From: Prasinococcaceae sp. CCMP 1430
Taxonomy: Eukaryota; Plantae; Prasinodermophyta
NCBI GenBank assembly: GCA_013416795.1
Contig: RQSC01000204.1
Location: 7,592-49,040, forward strand
DNA length: 41,449 nt
Direction of reading: 5' to 3'
The position numbers and the translations under genes were made by a program. Each line of letters begins with the position of its first letter. The first letter of the stretch is position 1. This document shows, piece by piece, positions 9,220-19,110 of the stretch. The notes under the pieces are model-generated. The model ran no database searches. It was not told the origin of the DNA and saw only the letters and a program-made list of their open reading frames with translations.

Positions 9220-10284
9220 ATGGTGGCAGCAGCAACGGCATCGTCATGCACGGCCGCATGCCCCGCGGCCCGGGGTCGTCGGCGAGGTTGCAGGCGGGCG
9301 CGGCGGGAGTGCGCCAAAGCGGCGGCATCAAACACGCCCGAACAGGGTCCCACCAGCACCGTGTGCGTGAGCACGCCCGCCGGCATCGCCGAGGAACCCG
9401 CCCGGCCTGCCCATGCCGAGAGCCCCGCGGGCCGGCGCGCGCTACTGGCGGCGGGGCTCGCCACGGCGGGCCTCGCCACTGGCGCGCAGCGACCGCAGCG
9501 CACCGCGTGGTCGGATGCGCGCTTCGCAGATGTGATGGACCGCGGCATGCGCGACTATGAGGCGCTGGTCGCACCCGTCAAGGCGGACGTGCTCGCGGCG
9601 GCAGTCGGGGGCGCCGGCAGCGGCGGCGACGTCGGCAGCGTGGACGTCGTCGAGGTGGGCATCGGCGCGGCCCCTTCGATGGCGCACTACGCGCAGCTGG
9701 GCGTGCGCTCAGTGCTGGGCATTGAGCCCAACGCTGCCATGGCGCCGCTGGCGATGGCGTCGGCCGAACGCGCGGGCATGGATGGGAGGTTGGAGGTGCG
9801 CGGGGGTGTCGCCGAATCCCTACCGCTGGACACGAATAGCGCCGACGTGCTGGTTGCCACCATGGTGCTGTGCTCCGTGACGGACGTCGAGGCGGCGCTG
9901 GCTGAGTTCGCCCGCGTGCTGCGCCCGGGGGGGCGCTACGCGTTCGTCGAGCACGTCGCCGCGCCGCCGGGCTCGGTGCTGCGCTGTGCGCAGACGCTTT
10001 TCGACCCCGCGCAGGTCATGTGCGCGTGCGGCTGCCACCTCAACCGTGACCCCCTCGCAGCGCTGCGCGCGGAGGAAGGCTTCAACAAGGTGCACGCGCG
10101 ACGCTTCTCGCTGGGCGAGCGGTGGCAGGAAGGTAGCTGGGCCGACCTGGACGCGGGTGTGGAGGCTCCACTCGTCGCCAGGCCCGGCGCCGGCGGCGGC
10201 GCCGGCTGGTCGCCGGCGGAAGGCGCGCCAGGACCCCACTACCTGCTCAGTCCGCATCTTGCGGGTGTCGCCATCGCGCGGTAG
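9220..10284 (+). CDS. Class I SAM-dependent methyltransferase (Methyltransf_11, METTL7/TMT1-like) with a probable plastid transit peptide
   Basis: Motifs VVEVGIGAAP (motif I), GIEPN, GVAESLPLDTNSADVLVATMVLCSV, RVLRPGGRYAFVEHV and CGCHLNRD. Ala/Arg/Ser-rich N-terminus from ATG 9220. Confidence 0.88.
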   Translation: MVAAATASSCTAACPAARGRRRGCRRARRECAKAAASNTPEQGPTSTVCVSTPAGIAEEPARPAHAESPAGRRALLAAGLATAGLATGAQRPQRTAWSDARFADVMDRGMRDYEALVAPVKADVLAAAVGGAGSGGDVGSVDVVEVGIGAAPSMAHYAQLGVRSVLGIEPNAAMAPLAMASAERAGMDGRLEVRGGVAESLPLDTNSADVLVATMVLCSVTDVEAALAEFARVLRPGGRYAFVEHVAAPPGSVLRCAQTLFDPAQVMCACGCHLNRDPLAALRAEEGFNKVHARRFSLGERWQEGSWADLDAGVEAPLVARPGAGGGAGWSPAEGAPGPHYLLSPHLAGVAIAR

Positions 10285-10446
10285 CCCAAAGTGGGTCCGC
10301 AGCGCACGCGCGCGAAAGACTTTCAGTAGCCTCCACACATCTGTTCTCAACCGCCGCCAGCGCCCCAGCCGCCGCTGCGGCAGCGGTCACAGCGCACGAT
10401 GCCGCGCTGATAACTGCCCTGCACGCGTGACGGGACCACGTTACTT

Positions 10447-13074
10447 TCACAGGGGGAACATGGCGAGCAGCCCCTGCAGGTCGCGCGCCTCGACAGCCGC
10501 CAGCGCGTCCATGCGGCCCGCGCAGCTCAGGGAGATGCGCACATAGCCCCACACGCTGTCCGCGGCAGGGTTCATCTGCAGCGCGCGCGCGTAGTACCGC
10601 ACGCTGTCCTCGTAAGAGCCCATGTTGGCGAGCGCAATGCCCATGTTTGACCACGCTCGCACGTAGTTGGGCTTCGCGTCCAGAGCACGCTGGTAGGCGC
10701 CGAGCGCCTCCGAGGAGCGGCTCGAGTTTGCCTGCGTGGCGCCGAGCTTGTTCCACAGGGAGTAGTCCTCTGGCCGCAGCTCGAGCGCGCGTGAGAACGC
10801 GCCAACGGCCCTGTCGTAGTCGCGCGTGAGGTTTGAGAGAACGCCGATCACCGTGTGCAGATCGACGTCGCCCGGATGCTGCGCGGCCGCGCGCTCGAAC
10901 GCCTGGACGATCTCGCCCAGCGGCGCTCCCTCGGGCGGTGCGAGCCGCGAGTAGTTCGGCGAGGCTGCGAGCCAGCGCCGCAGGTAGTTGGCCGCCTCGG
11001 CGCTGTCGAGCTCGTTGGTGTGAGACACGCCCAGGCTAAGCAGTACCTCGCGCGACTCGGGGTCGGCGCGCAGCGCGCGCGCCATGGCGGCGATCGCCTG
11101 CCGGTCGTCGTCGTTCTCCGCCTGAACTGTGCCAAGCAGCCGCCACGCCTCCGAGTTGCTCGGCTCCGCGAGGACGGCCGCCTCGAGCGCGAGGACGGCT
11201 TCGGAGAGCACACCCGTCGAGAAGAGCTGCCTGCCGACGGCCAGTGCGTCCGCGCGGCCAACGTACGGGTTGCGCTCGGCAAATTTGTAGTCGCCCACGC
11301 GGCCGCTCAGGTCAGCTGCCTCGCCGGCGGCCCCCGAGAGCTCAGACATGTACTCCTGGTACTCCTCAAGAAAGCTGTCCGGGACCGACGTCTCGCCCAG
11401 CGGATTGGCGCCAGCCTCGAACTCCTCCGCCCAGCCTTTGACACGCCGCGCCATCACGCTCTCCTCGAGTTCGTCCGTTTCGCCCCCCACCGCGCCCGCC
11501 TCCTGCGCCCCTGCGAAGTCCTCCGCCCAGTCGGCCGCGGTGCCGCCGGTGTCGGCGCTCCAGCCCTTTGCCAGCCGTCTACGGAAGGCGCCCTCGTCGG
11601 CAAACTCGCCAGCCCAGCCCTCGCCCGCGAAGTCGCCCCCCGCCGCCTCGGGCCACTGCGCCCTGGCCTTCGACGGCCCCGCCGCGCTGAACTCCTGCGC
11701 CCAGTCGGCGCTCGTGCCCGTGCCCTTGGTCTGCTGCTCGCCCCTGGCCGCGTCGAAATCGACCTCGCCGCGAGACATTTTGCTCACGAATTGCAAGAAC
11801 TGCGAATTGCGCATGCGCGGGTCCGCATCGCGCGACATGGTCTCCATCAGCCTCTGCGTCTGCGCTGCGTCTGCGCTCGCCACGTCGCGCCCAGCCGCGG
11901 CCGCCGCCCCCTGTTGGGTCGCCTGCTGCTGCGAGAACTCATTCGCCCACTGCTCGTGCACAGGCACGGGCACCGCCGCTGGTGGCGGGCGGGCTGCTGC
12001 GAACTCATTGGCCCAGCCTCCCGACTGCCCGGGAGGCGGGCGGGCCGCAACATACTCGTTCGCCCACGCGCCGCCACGGTTCACCTGGTTGACTGCCGCA
12101 GCCTCGCGGAAGGCCTCTTCCATGCGCGCCGCATTGGCTTGCTGACCCGTTTGTCGGAGCGCGGAGCCTTGGTCAATACCCAGCGAGGTGAGCAGAGTGT
12201 GTACGCGCGCGTCCGCCGCGCCGACTCCCGCGCCAGCGAATACGTGGCGTCCCATGATTGTCGCGCGGTCTCGGATTCGCCGTGCCTCGGCAGGACCGAG
12301 CGCAGGCGCTTGGCCAGCTGCGGGGGGCGGCGCTGCCGGCGTGATGAATGAGTGCAGGTGTGGGCGGAGCGCCGCCGCGCGTTCGGGCGGCATCGCCTCG
12401 ACGGGCTCGCGCGTCGGCTGCGGCCCCGGGCCCACCGCCGCGCGCGCAGCCGCGTTGGCGCTGGCGCCCTCAGCAAATGCTCTCTCGAAGCCTGCAAAGT
12501 CCGGACCAGCCCCCATCGGCCCGTGCGGCTGCACCATGGGCCCCTTGGGCGCTTGGCCTTGCAGGAAGGCCTGCGCCATCGCGTCATGCTCCGCGGGACC
12601 AGCCGGTAGGAAGTCCGCGCTCACGCCGGGCATCGCACCGCGCGCCACTGACGGACCCGCGCCGTTGGGGCGCGTCAGGCCCGGCAGGCCACGCACGCGT
12701 TCCTGTAAGGGCCGGAGTGCATGGTGGGGGGGAGAAGGGTGTATGTGGTGGTGGTGGTGGTGGTGGTTACGGGCGGGGGTGGGTGGGGCGCACAGCAGAC
12801 AGTGCAGGAGGCCCCGCGCAGCGTGGCCGTGTTGGCGACGCTCAGGTCAGCTGCGAGCGCCGCAAGCCACGCCTCTGCCTCTGAAGGCTGTCACGGCGCC
12901 TCCGCGCGTGCTCCTACGCTCTGCACCGCGCCCGCAGTGAGGCGCTGTGCTGCTCACCTGCGCCTTGCCGCGAGCGCCGAGCACCGCATCAGCGAGCCCC
13001 CCCAGCGGGTTGTTGGAGGTACCCGCGCCATCGGGTGCGCACCCCTGCCCGGAGACGAGCTCCCTGAATGCCAT
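10447..13074 (-). CDS. PEX5: Peroxisomal PTS1 receptor PEX5, 2 exons (13074..12958, 12702..10447)
   Basis: Plant-type N-terminus MAFRELVSGQGCA...NNPLGGLADAVLG with the conserved Cys. Multiple WxxxF/Y motifs (WANEY, WANEF x2, WAQEF, WAGEF, WAEDF, WAEEF), the PEX7-binding segment MRNSQFLQFVSKMSRGEV, and C-terminal TPRs (EAWRLLGTVQAENDDDRQAI, YSLWNKLGATQANS). Intron 12957..12703 is GTGAGC...TACAG. Confidence 0.96.
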
Positions 13075-13637
13075 CGCGCCCCTGCTCGCGCACTGTGCGG
13101 ACCGCCTGCTGCTCCGCTCACGCCAGGCGCAGAAAGATTATACGCGCGCCGCGGGGCGGCGGCCGCCGCTCGCCGCGCCCGCTGCGAGGGTCAAAGCTGG
13201 GCGGCGGCATAGGCGGGATCGGCTCGCAGGGTGCGCGCGCGGTCTGGCGCGGCGCCGGCGGCCGGCTTTGAAAGGGAAGGCGGAAGGACCGAACGCAGCC
13301 GACGCGACAACGCCGAAAAATGATCCAAAACCAAAAAACAGCAAGCAGGCACGATCAGCGAGCTGATCGGAGAACGCCAACGAATGAAGCTTAACACCGC
13401 GTTGGGCGTGGAGTCGAAGACTCGATCGATCGAAGCGCACGTACACAGCAGTTCGCCCCTGTGAGGGGGGGCAGGTGCGGCGCTCGCAGTCGCACACCGA
13501 CTGCCGGGCCACTGGGCGCGCGGACGCGCCCCTTCCCACCCCCACCCGCCCACCCACCCTTCCCGACCCTCCATAACCCGGCCGCCGCCAGCCTCGTCCG
13601 CGTCCCAGGCAGCTCGCTCGCTCGTGCGCGCGCGGCC

Positions 13638-14357
13638 ATGGCGGCGCCGGAGGGGGTCGAGTCCGCGGCGGACCGCATCGCGGCCGAGTATGAGCCGACA
13701 GCGGCGGAGGTCGCCGCGCTGGACGCCGAGGCGGAGGAGCTGGCGCGCGAGCTGAGGGAGGTGGAGGAGCTCACTAAGGAGCTTCGCTTGCGCCAGGGCG
13801 ACGGCGGCGCGTTGGCTGGCGGCGGCGCCGGAGAACTCGACGCAGCGTGCAATGAGGCTGCATCGAACCTCAGCGGCCTCGCCGAGGAGCGCTGGCGGCT
13901 CGAGACGTACGCTGAGCTCGAGCGCATGAAGCAAGAGCTCATCGGGCTGGCCGATGGGGCAGAGGGGCTACAGGAAGGCCTTCGGGTCGCCACAGATCCG
14001 GCGCTGGACGTCGAGGTGGAGAGTGTGCCGGCGCGCTCTCCAACAGGTCCTGCCACCGGCGCAGCTTCCCTCGGCGACCGCTCCGGAATGGGCGCGGACC
14101 TCCTTGCTGCAGCGCCGAGCGCTGCCACCCCCGCAACAGCTGAGGAGCACGCGCGCACTCACGAGCTCATGGCCGAGATGGAGGCCGAATTCGAAGCGCT
14201 GCAGGCGCAGCTGGAGCGAGCGCGGCGCGACCGCGACGAGCTCGGGAATCTGAAGGCGTGCCTCGAGGCGAGCGTCGCGGAGATCAGCGCCGAGGCCGAC
14301 GCGCCGCGTGAGAACACGAAACCGCCCGACGCTAATACCGACGACGCTGAGGAGTGA
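13638..14357 (+). CDS. Uncharacterised acidic coiled-coil protein (239 aa)
   Basis: ATG in GCCATGG context. Heptad-like E/A/L-rich helices (AEAEELARELREVEELTKEL; MEAEFEALQAQLERARRDRDEL). No family recognised. Confidence 0.7.
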   Translation: MAAPEGVESAADRIAAEYEPTAAEVAALDAEAEELARELREVEELTKELRLRQGDGGALAGGGAGELDAACNEAASNLSGLAEERWRLETYAELERMKQELIGLADGAEGLQEGLRVATDPALDVEVESVPARSPTGPATGAASLGDRSGMGADLLAAAPSAATPATAEEHARTHELMAEMEAEFEALQAQLERARRDRDELGNLKACLEASVAEISAEADAPRENTKPPDANTDDAEE

Positions 14358-14434
14358 AGAGCGCCGCTGGCTACAGCGGGTGACGTGCCATCGCTCCACG
14401 CCTGGCATTCTCATGTATGATACGATGTGATTGA

Positions 14435-14439
14435 TTACA
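14435..14439 (-). terminator. TGTAA putative poly(A) signal of the 14495..16390 gene
   Basis: TTACA on the + strand, about 55 nt past the minus-strand stop codon. Confidence 0.5.
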
Positions 14440-14494
14440 GAATCGTTGTGCACGCCAACCTCAGCTCCGCGCTGGGAGCGCCAGTCGCACACTC

Positions 14495-16390
14495 TCAATA
14501 CTGGCCGGCACCCACGTGGCGGGCGTGTAGCGCGGCCGTCTCCTCAGCGTACACCTTGAGGGCATGCGCGGTGGAGGCCGGCGACATGGGCCCGCGCAGA
14601 CCAGGTGGCGGGATGCTTCTGCCCGCTGCGTCTCGCCTTGCCGCAGCAGCAGCAGCGTATCGCTGCGCGGCTGGTGAGGTAGGTCGCTGCGCAGCTGCCG
14701 ACATTCGCGCCGGGGACGCAACCTGTACCGCTGCAGGGGCCCGGGCAATTGATGCTGCCTCCAGTGCCCCAAAAGGCGCGGTAAAGACGAACGAGTCCGA
14801 GGGCGACGCGGTCGGAGCCTTCTCTGATGTTGCAGCAGGCGAGCTGCTATCGCGCACGTTGCCGCCACCCTCGCCCACGACATCCAGCGAGAATGACACA
14901 GGGAGCAGCGGCTGCGGCAGCGCGGCCGTACCCCCGGCCCGGCCCGCGCCAAACCCCGGTGCCTTCACAGACTCGCTGCGAGAGGCCCGCAGGAAGACCG
15001 ATTGCGCGTCGTCTGATGCCGGCGTGTACACCGCCTCTGGCGGGGCTGAATCTGCGCTGGGCGGCGGCGACGGCGCCACTGATCCCAGCACCGCCGCGAG
15101 GGTCGAGTGCCGCATCCGAGCGGTCTGCTGACGCCGCGGCGACTGCTGCTGTTGCGCCGCCTGGAGCTCCGCCGAGCCGACGGCCGCCGCGTAGGGCTGA
15201 TTCTGCTGCTCGAGCTCGGGCAGCAGCCGCCTCGACGCAGAGCGCGGTCGGTCGGCGCTCGCGGGCGCCCTTGTGTCACCGATGGTATACACGGAGCGCT
15301 CGCGCTCCTGTTCACCCTCGCGCTCGCGCGCCGAGGCCTTCGCCGCGACGATGGCAGCCTCCTCGCGGCAGCGCTCCGCGTCGGCACGCACGCGCGCAAT
15401 CAGCTCGGCTGCCTCCACGGCCCGAGCGGCGGCGGCGTCTCGCTGCGCCGAGGCCGCCGCGGCGGCCTCGCTGGCGCTCGCGGCGGCGGCACGCACGCGT
15501 TCCCGCTCGCCGCGCTCCCCCTCCAACTCCTGCTCCAGAAAAAGCACCCGTTCCAGCGCCTCGGCCGCGCGCTCCTTCGCTTCGTCACGCTCCCGCGCCG
15601 CGGCCGCCGCCTCTGCGCGCGCCTCGTTGCGCTCGCTGAGGGCGTCCGCCACCTGCGCTGCGGCATCGAGCGCGGCCGTGCTGCGCATCGTGGGCGTGTC
15701 GGATCCGCGGCCATCGCGCCAAGCGAGCTCGTTCGCCAGCTTCTCCACCTCCGCGCGATGCTCGAGCTTCAGATGCGCGAGCTCGTCTTTCAGCTTCTCC
15801 GTCTGTTTTGAATAGCTCGCCGCCAGCGCCCGGAGCTCGCTTGCATTGGTATCGCGATCGCGGGCGGCGCGCGCGGTGACGTCCACGGCGCGCTCCTCGG
15901 CCTCCATCATGCGCGCCTCGGCCTCGGCGGCGCGAGCCGCACGCGGCTCGCGCGCGCATGCGGTCGCGCGCGCCTCGGCGAGCGACGCCTCGAGCGCGGC
16001 GATGCGCTCGGCGGACTTTCGGTGGTGGTGCGCGAGCGACGCATCGAGCGCGCTCGCGGCATCCTCGGCACGGCGGACCTCCTCGCGCGCGGCAGCGACG
16101 GCCTCCTCGGCCTCGGCGCGGACCCGCTCATCCGCGGGGTCAGACACCTCTTCATCGCGCTTGGCCGCCCAGCGCGGCGCTACGATATGTGCGTGCGCAT
16201 GCGCGATCAGCGCCCCCGCAGCGGCAGCGAGTGCGATGATCGCGCCCTCCGTAGACGCGGCCGCGCGTGCCGCGCCCCGTGCGTGCGCCTCGAGCAGCTC
16301 GGCGGCGTCGACACCCGCGGCGCCCAGCGCGGTGGCCGCCTGCGACAAGTACGCGAGCACGGCCGCCCCGCTGGCCTCGCGCGGCGGCAN
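14495..16390 (-). CDS. Uncharacterised long coiled-coil protein with a Ser/Pro-rich disordered C-terminus (about 631 aa)
   Basis: Long open frame of A/E/R heptads. The ambiguous base N at 16390 is the first position of an in-frame NTG CCG CCG codon and is most simply the A of the ATG start. Confidence 0.7.
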   Translation of the reverse strand, partial: XPPREASGAAVLAYLSQAATALGAAGVDAAELLEAHARGAARAAASTEGAIIALAAAAGALIAHAHAHIVAPRWAAKRDEEVSDPADERVRAEAEEAVAAAREEVRRAEDAASALDASLAHHHRKSAERIAALEASLAEARATACAREPRAARAAEAEARMMEAEERAVDVTARAARDRDTNASELRALAASYSKQTEKLKDELAHLKLEHRAEVEKLANELAWRDGRGSDTPTMRSTAALDAAAQVADALSERNEARAEAAAAARERDEAKERAAEALERVLFLEQELEGERGERERVRAAAASASEAAAAASAQRDAAAARAVEAAELIARVRADAERCREEAAIVAAKASAREREGEQERERSVYTIGDTRAPASADRPRSASRRLLPELEQQNQPYAAAVGSAELQAAQQQQSPRRQQTARMRHSTLAAVLGSVAPSPPPSADSAPPEAVYTPASDDAQSVFLRASRSESVKAPGFGAGRAGGTAALPQPLLPVSFSLDVVGEGGGNVRDSSSPAATSEKAPTASPSDSFVFTAPFGALEAASIARAPAAVQVASPARMSAAAQRPTSPAAQRYAAAAAARRDAAGRSIPPPGLRGPMSPASTAHALKVYAEETAALHARHVGAGQY

Positions 16391-17163
16391 GCCGGGGGCC
16401 CCCGCTCTGCGCGCCGCCGCGCGCGCGCCACAGCGCCCCCCCGCTCCCCCCTGACGCCGTCGGTCGGCGCGGCCGCCGGTTTTGATTTTGACTTTTTTGG
16501 AGAATTTTCGCGGAAATGCGCGAAAACACCCAAGTCGAAAAAAAACTGAATGAACGCACCCCCCAGCATGAACAAGTTCGCGCGCATGAACAAGTCCGTA
16601 TGAACCACTTTCTGCACACATGTGTTCTCAATTGCGTTCCCCGTGCGCGGGTCGCGCGCATGCGCGCGCGACACGAAGGGGCGCGTCCGGCGCAGGTTGG
16701 GAACGCACTGCCGGATGCCCCGCGCCGCGCCAAGGGGCAAGCCGGCCGCGGGGACGGAAAAGGATATGGCCGGGAGAGCGCGACGGCGGCCGCGGCAGAG
16801 GCAGGGACTACGACGGCCCTGCAGACCGTGAGAGGGGCTACGGGCGGGACCGCGATCGCGGCGCGGAGCCGCGCGACGAGCGCGACTGCAAGCACGTCAC
16901 TGCCAGCGCCTGCGGCTGAGCGCGGACGCGGACGCGCCCGGCTGGCGCCGGGCAAGCGCGCACCACCGGGCCGCGCTGTGCCGTGCTCCAGCCTGGGTGG
17001 CGGGCAAACAGGCGAAGATGATGGAGAGGGGGAGGCGGACCGGGCAGGCTCCAGGAGGGGTGTGCACCCACACGCCGCGCGCCGCGCGCGCGTCGGCCCC
17101 GACCGTGCGGCGAATCGGCCCCGCGCGCGAGCAGTCGGCCATTGACTACGTGGTCGGGGCGGC

Positions 17164-18984
17164 ATGGCGCGGCGCAAGGCGGCCGCCGCCGCTGTATGCG
17201 CCGCACTCTGCTCGGGCCTGCCGTCCGGCGGGTCCGCCTACCAGTCGGGAGGGAAGGATTGCAATCAGCGGAACGAGCACGACCCGGCGAGGGCCCAGTC
17301 GCTGCTACGCGTCGAGCTGCTCGAAGGCGGCGGGACCGTGCGCGCTGGCGAGGCCGCGGAGCTCAAGTGGCGTGTGCTGTATGAGGACGTCAGGGCCGGT
17401 GGCGATGCGGGCGGAGGCGAGTGGCGTGCGCTCCCTCAGGACGCTCTCGCGCCGCTCCACGGGCGTATCACGCACGTCCTGGCCATGCATGAGTCCCTGG
17501 GCGCCTTCGTGCACGCGCACGGCAACCTCACCGCTGTCAACGTCACGGCCACCGATGGCGACGACGGCGCTGTGCTTTCGGCAAAGCTCGAGCTGCCGCG
17601 CGCAGGGCGATACGTGCTTCAGCTCGAGCACGCCGTTGCGTCCTCGCGTGTGCAGTTGTGCGTGGCAGAGGCCTCGAGGCACGTCCATCGCACAGCCTAC
17701 GGGGCCGATTGGATGAGAGAGTTCGCGGCCGATGAGACCTTCGCCGTGTGGGCTCAGGCCTTTGAGCTTGAGGCCATGCCTAGCGCCACACTGGCGCTGG
17801 CGCCTTCGCCACCGTCGGGGCCACCTGTGCCACCCCCATGGTCGCCGCCATCGCCGCCTGCCATGCCCTGCAAAGCATCAACAGCGGCAGACCTGCGGCC
17901 GTGGCGGCGCGCGCCCGCGCTCGACCCCGGTGCCCCCGTCGAAACCACCTCGGCGGAGCGCTCGTGCTGCGCGAGCGGCGCTGACGGGAGCGCCTGCGTA
18001 GCCCTCGAGCTCAGCGCGTACGTGCTTGGCACCACGTGGACATACAGCGGGATACGAAGCTCAGACAAGGAGCTCACGGCACGCCCCCTGAATCTCGAGG
18101 CAGGCGAGCGGCCACCGGCTGGCGCGTGCCTCCTCTTGCGTCTGACCGCGAGCGACGCCTTCTCAGGCGAGGCGGTGTCGGACCTGGAGCCTTACCTCGA
18201 GGCGCAGGCACACTTCGTGATGGCGCGCGAGGGCCTCCCAGCGCGGGAGGGGCTAGGGCATGCACACGCAGGGCCGATGCTCTCCCTGGATTCTCTTACC
18301 GCCCGTGTGCGGGGCACGTATCGCAATGCGGGATGGTCTGACGTGAGCTTCGCAGACACCTTGGTGCAGCAGTGCGACGCATACGCAACTGTGCCCGACG
18401 CCGATGGCAGGCCGTCGACACTTGTACAGGAGTTGCTTCTGGACTCCGCACCGCGCGAGTTTGGCCCGTACGTTTGGGCGCTGCTGGGCGTCCCATCTGC
18501 GAGCGACGGCGCTGCATACACAGCGCTCTTCGCGAGCCTCCAGAGGCGAGGGAGGGTGCTCACAGCGGCATTCGACCTGCCGGTGGCCGATGCGGGGGAC
18601 GTGTGCGACACGCGGGCGGGCGTGTGCCTAACAGACGACAACGGTGGCCCATTGCTGTTCGGAGGATCGTCGTCGTCCGGTGCGCACGAGAGGGTGACAA
18701 AAGTTCAGCCCGAGGATCTTCGCGATAAAAAGAACAGGTTCGCCGCTGCTTCAGTTGCCGCAGCCGCCGTCGGTTTGGCGGCCTTGGTCGCACTCACGGT
18801 GGGCGTGAGGATGCGCACAGTGCGCATGATGCAGGTCAGCTTCAAGTTCGACGGCGCCTTTGGAGACGACAAGGGCTCGCCCAACCCTCTGGCGGAGCGG
18901 CAGACCGAGGTGGCGTCCGATGGCGTTGATGGTTGGAAGAAGGAGCACCAGGAGGTCTGCGACGTCACAGTCTACTCGGTGTGA
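17164..18984 (+). CDS. Predicted type I membrane protein (606 aa): signal peptide, two His-motif (HxH) repeats resembling bacterial secreted metal-binding proteins, Pro-rich linker, C-terminal TM helix
   Basis: N-terminal hydrophobic AAAAAVCAALCSG. Repeat 1 LHGRITHVLAMHESLGAFVHAHG...LPRAGRYVLQL; repeat 2 LEPYLEAQAHFVMAREG...GHAHAGP...FGPYVW...YTALFASLQRRGRVLTAAFDLPV. TM segment FAAASVAAAAVGLAALVALTVGV followed by RMR. No intron needed. Confidence 0.75.
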   Translation: MARRKAAAAAVCAALCSGLPSGGSAYQSGGKDCNQRNEHDPARAQSLLRVELLEGGGTVRAGEAAELKWRVLYEDVRAGGDAGGGEWRALPQDALAPLHGRITHVLAMHESLGAFVHAHGNLTAVNVTATDGDDGAVLSAKLELPRAGRYVLQLEHAVASSRVQLCVAEASRHVHRTAYGADWMREFAADETFAVWAQAFELEAMPSATLALAPSPPSGPPVPPPWSPPSPPAMPCKASTAADLRPWRRAPALDPGAPVETTSAERSCCASGADGSACVALELSAYVLGTTWTYSGIRSSDKELTARPLNLEAGERPPAGACLLLRLTASDAFSGEAVSDLEPYLEAQAHFVMAREGLPAREGLGHAHAGPMLSLDSLTARVRGTYRNAGWSDVSFADTLVQQCDAYATVPDADGRPSTLVQELLLDSAPREFGPYVWALLGVPSASDGAAYTALFASLQRRGRVLTAAFDLPVADAGDVCDTRAGVCLTDDNGGPLLFGGSSSSGAHERVTKVQPEDLRDKKNRFAAASVAAAAVGLAALVALTVGVRMRTVRMMQVSFKFDGAFGDDKGSPNPLAERQTEVASDGVDGWKKEHQEVCDVTVYSV

Positions 18985-19022
18985 GCTCACGAGACTGACG
19001 CATGGTACTGTACCGCGCAGAG

Positions 19023-19110
19023 TGTATTGGTAGACTATTGTATTGGTAGACTAGTGACTAGTGACTACTGTAGACTCTCTCTCTCTAGTAGTACTAGCTG
19101 CTCTCTCTCT
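19023..19110. repeat. AT-rich intergenic block of short tandem repeats: TGTATTGGTAGACTA x2, GTGACTA x2, (CT)n
   Basis: 15-mer copies at 19023-19037 and 19039-19053; 7-mers at 19054-19060 and 19061-19067; CT runs follow. Confidence 0.8.

Noticed and set aside
16622-17163. Several short ORFs between the coiled-coil and membrane-protein genes
   Set aside because: Arg/Ala/Gly-rich with no motifs and no consistent splice model; best read as divergent promoter or UTR sequence.
19023-19067. Short direct repeats as a CRISPR array
   Set aside because: Only two 15-nt copies with a 1-nt spacer, in a eukaryotic context with no cas genes.
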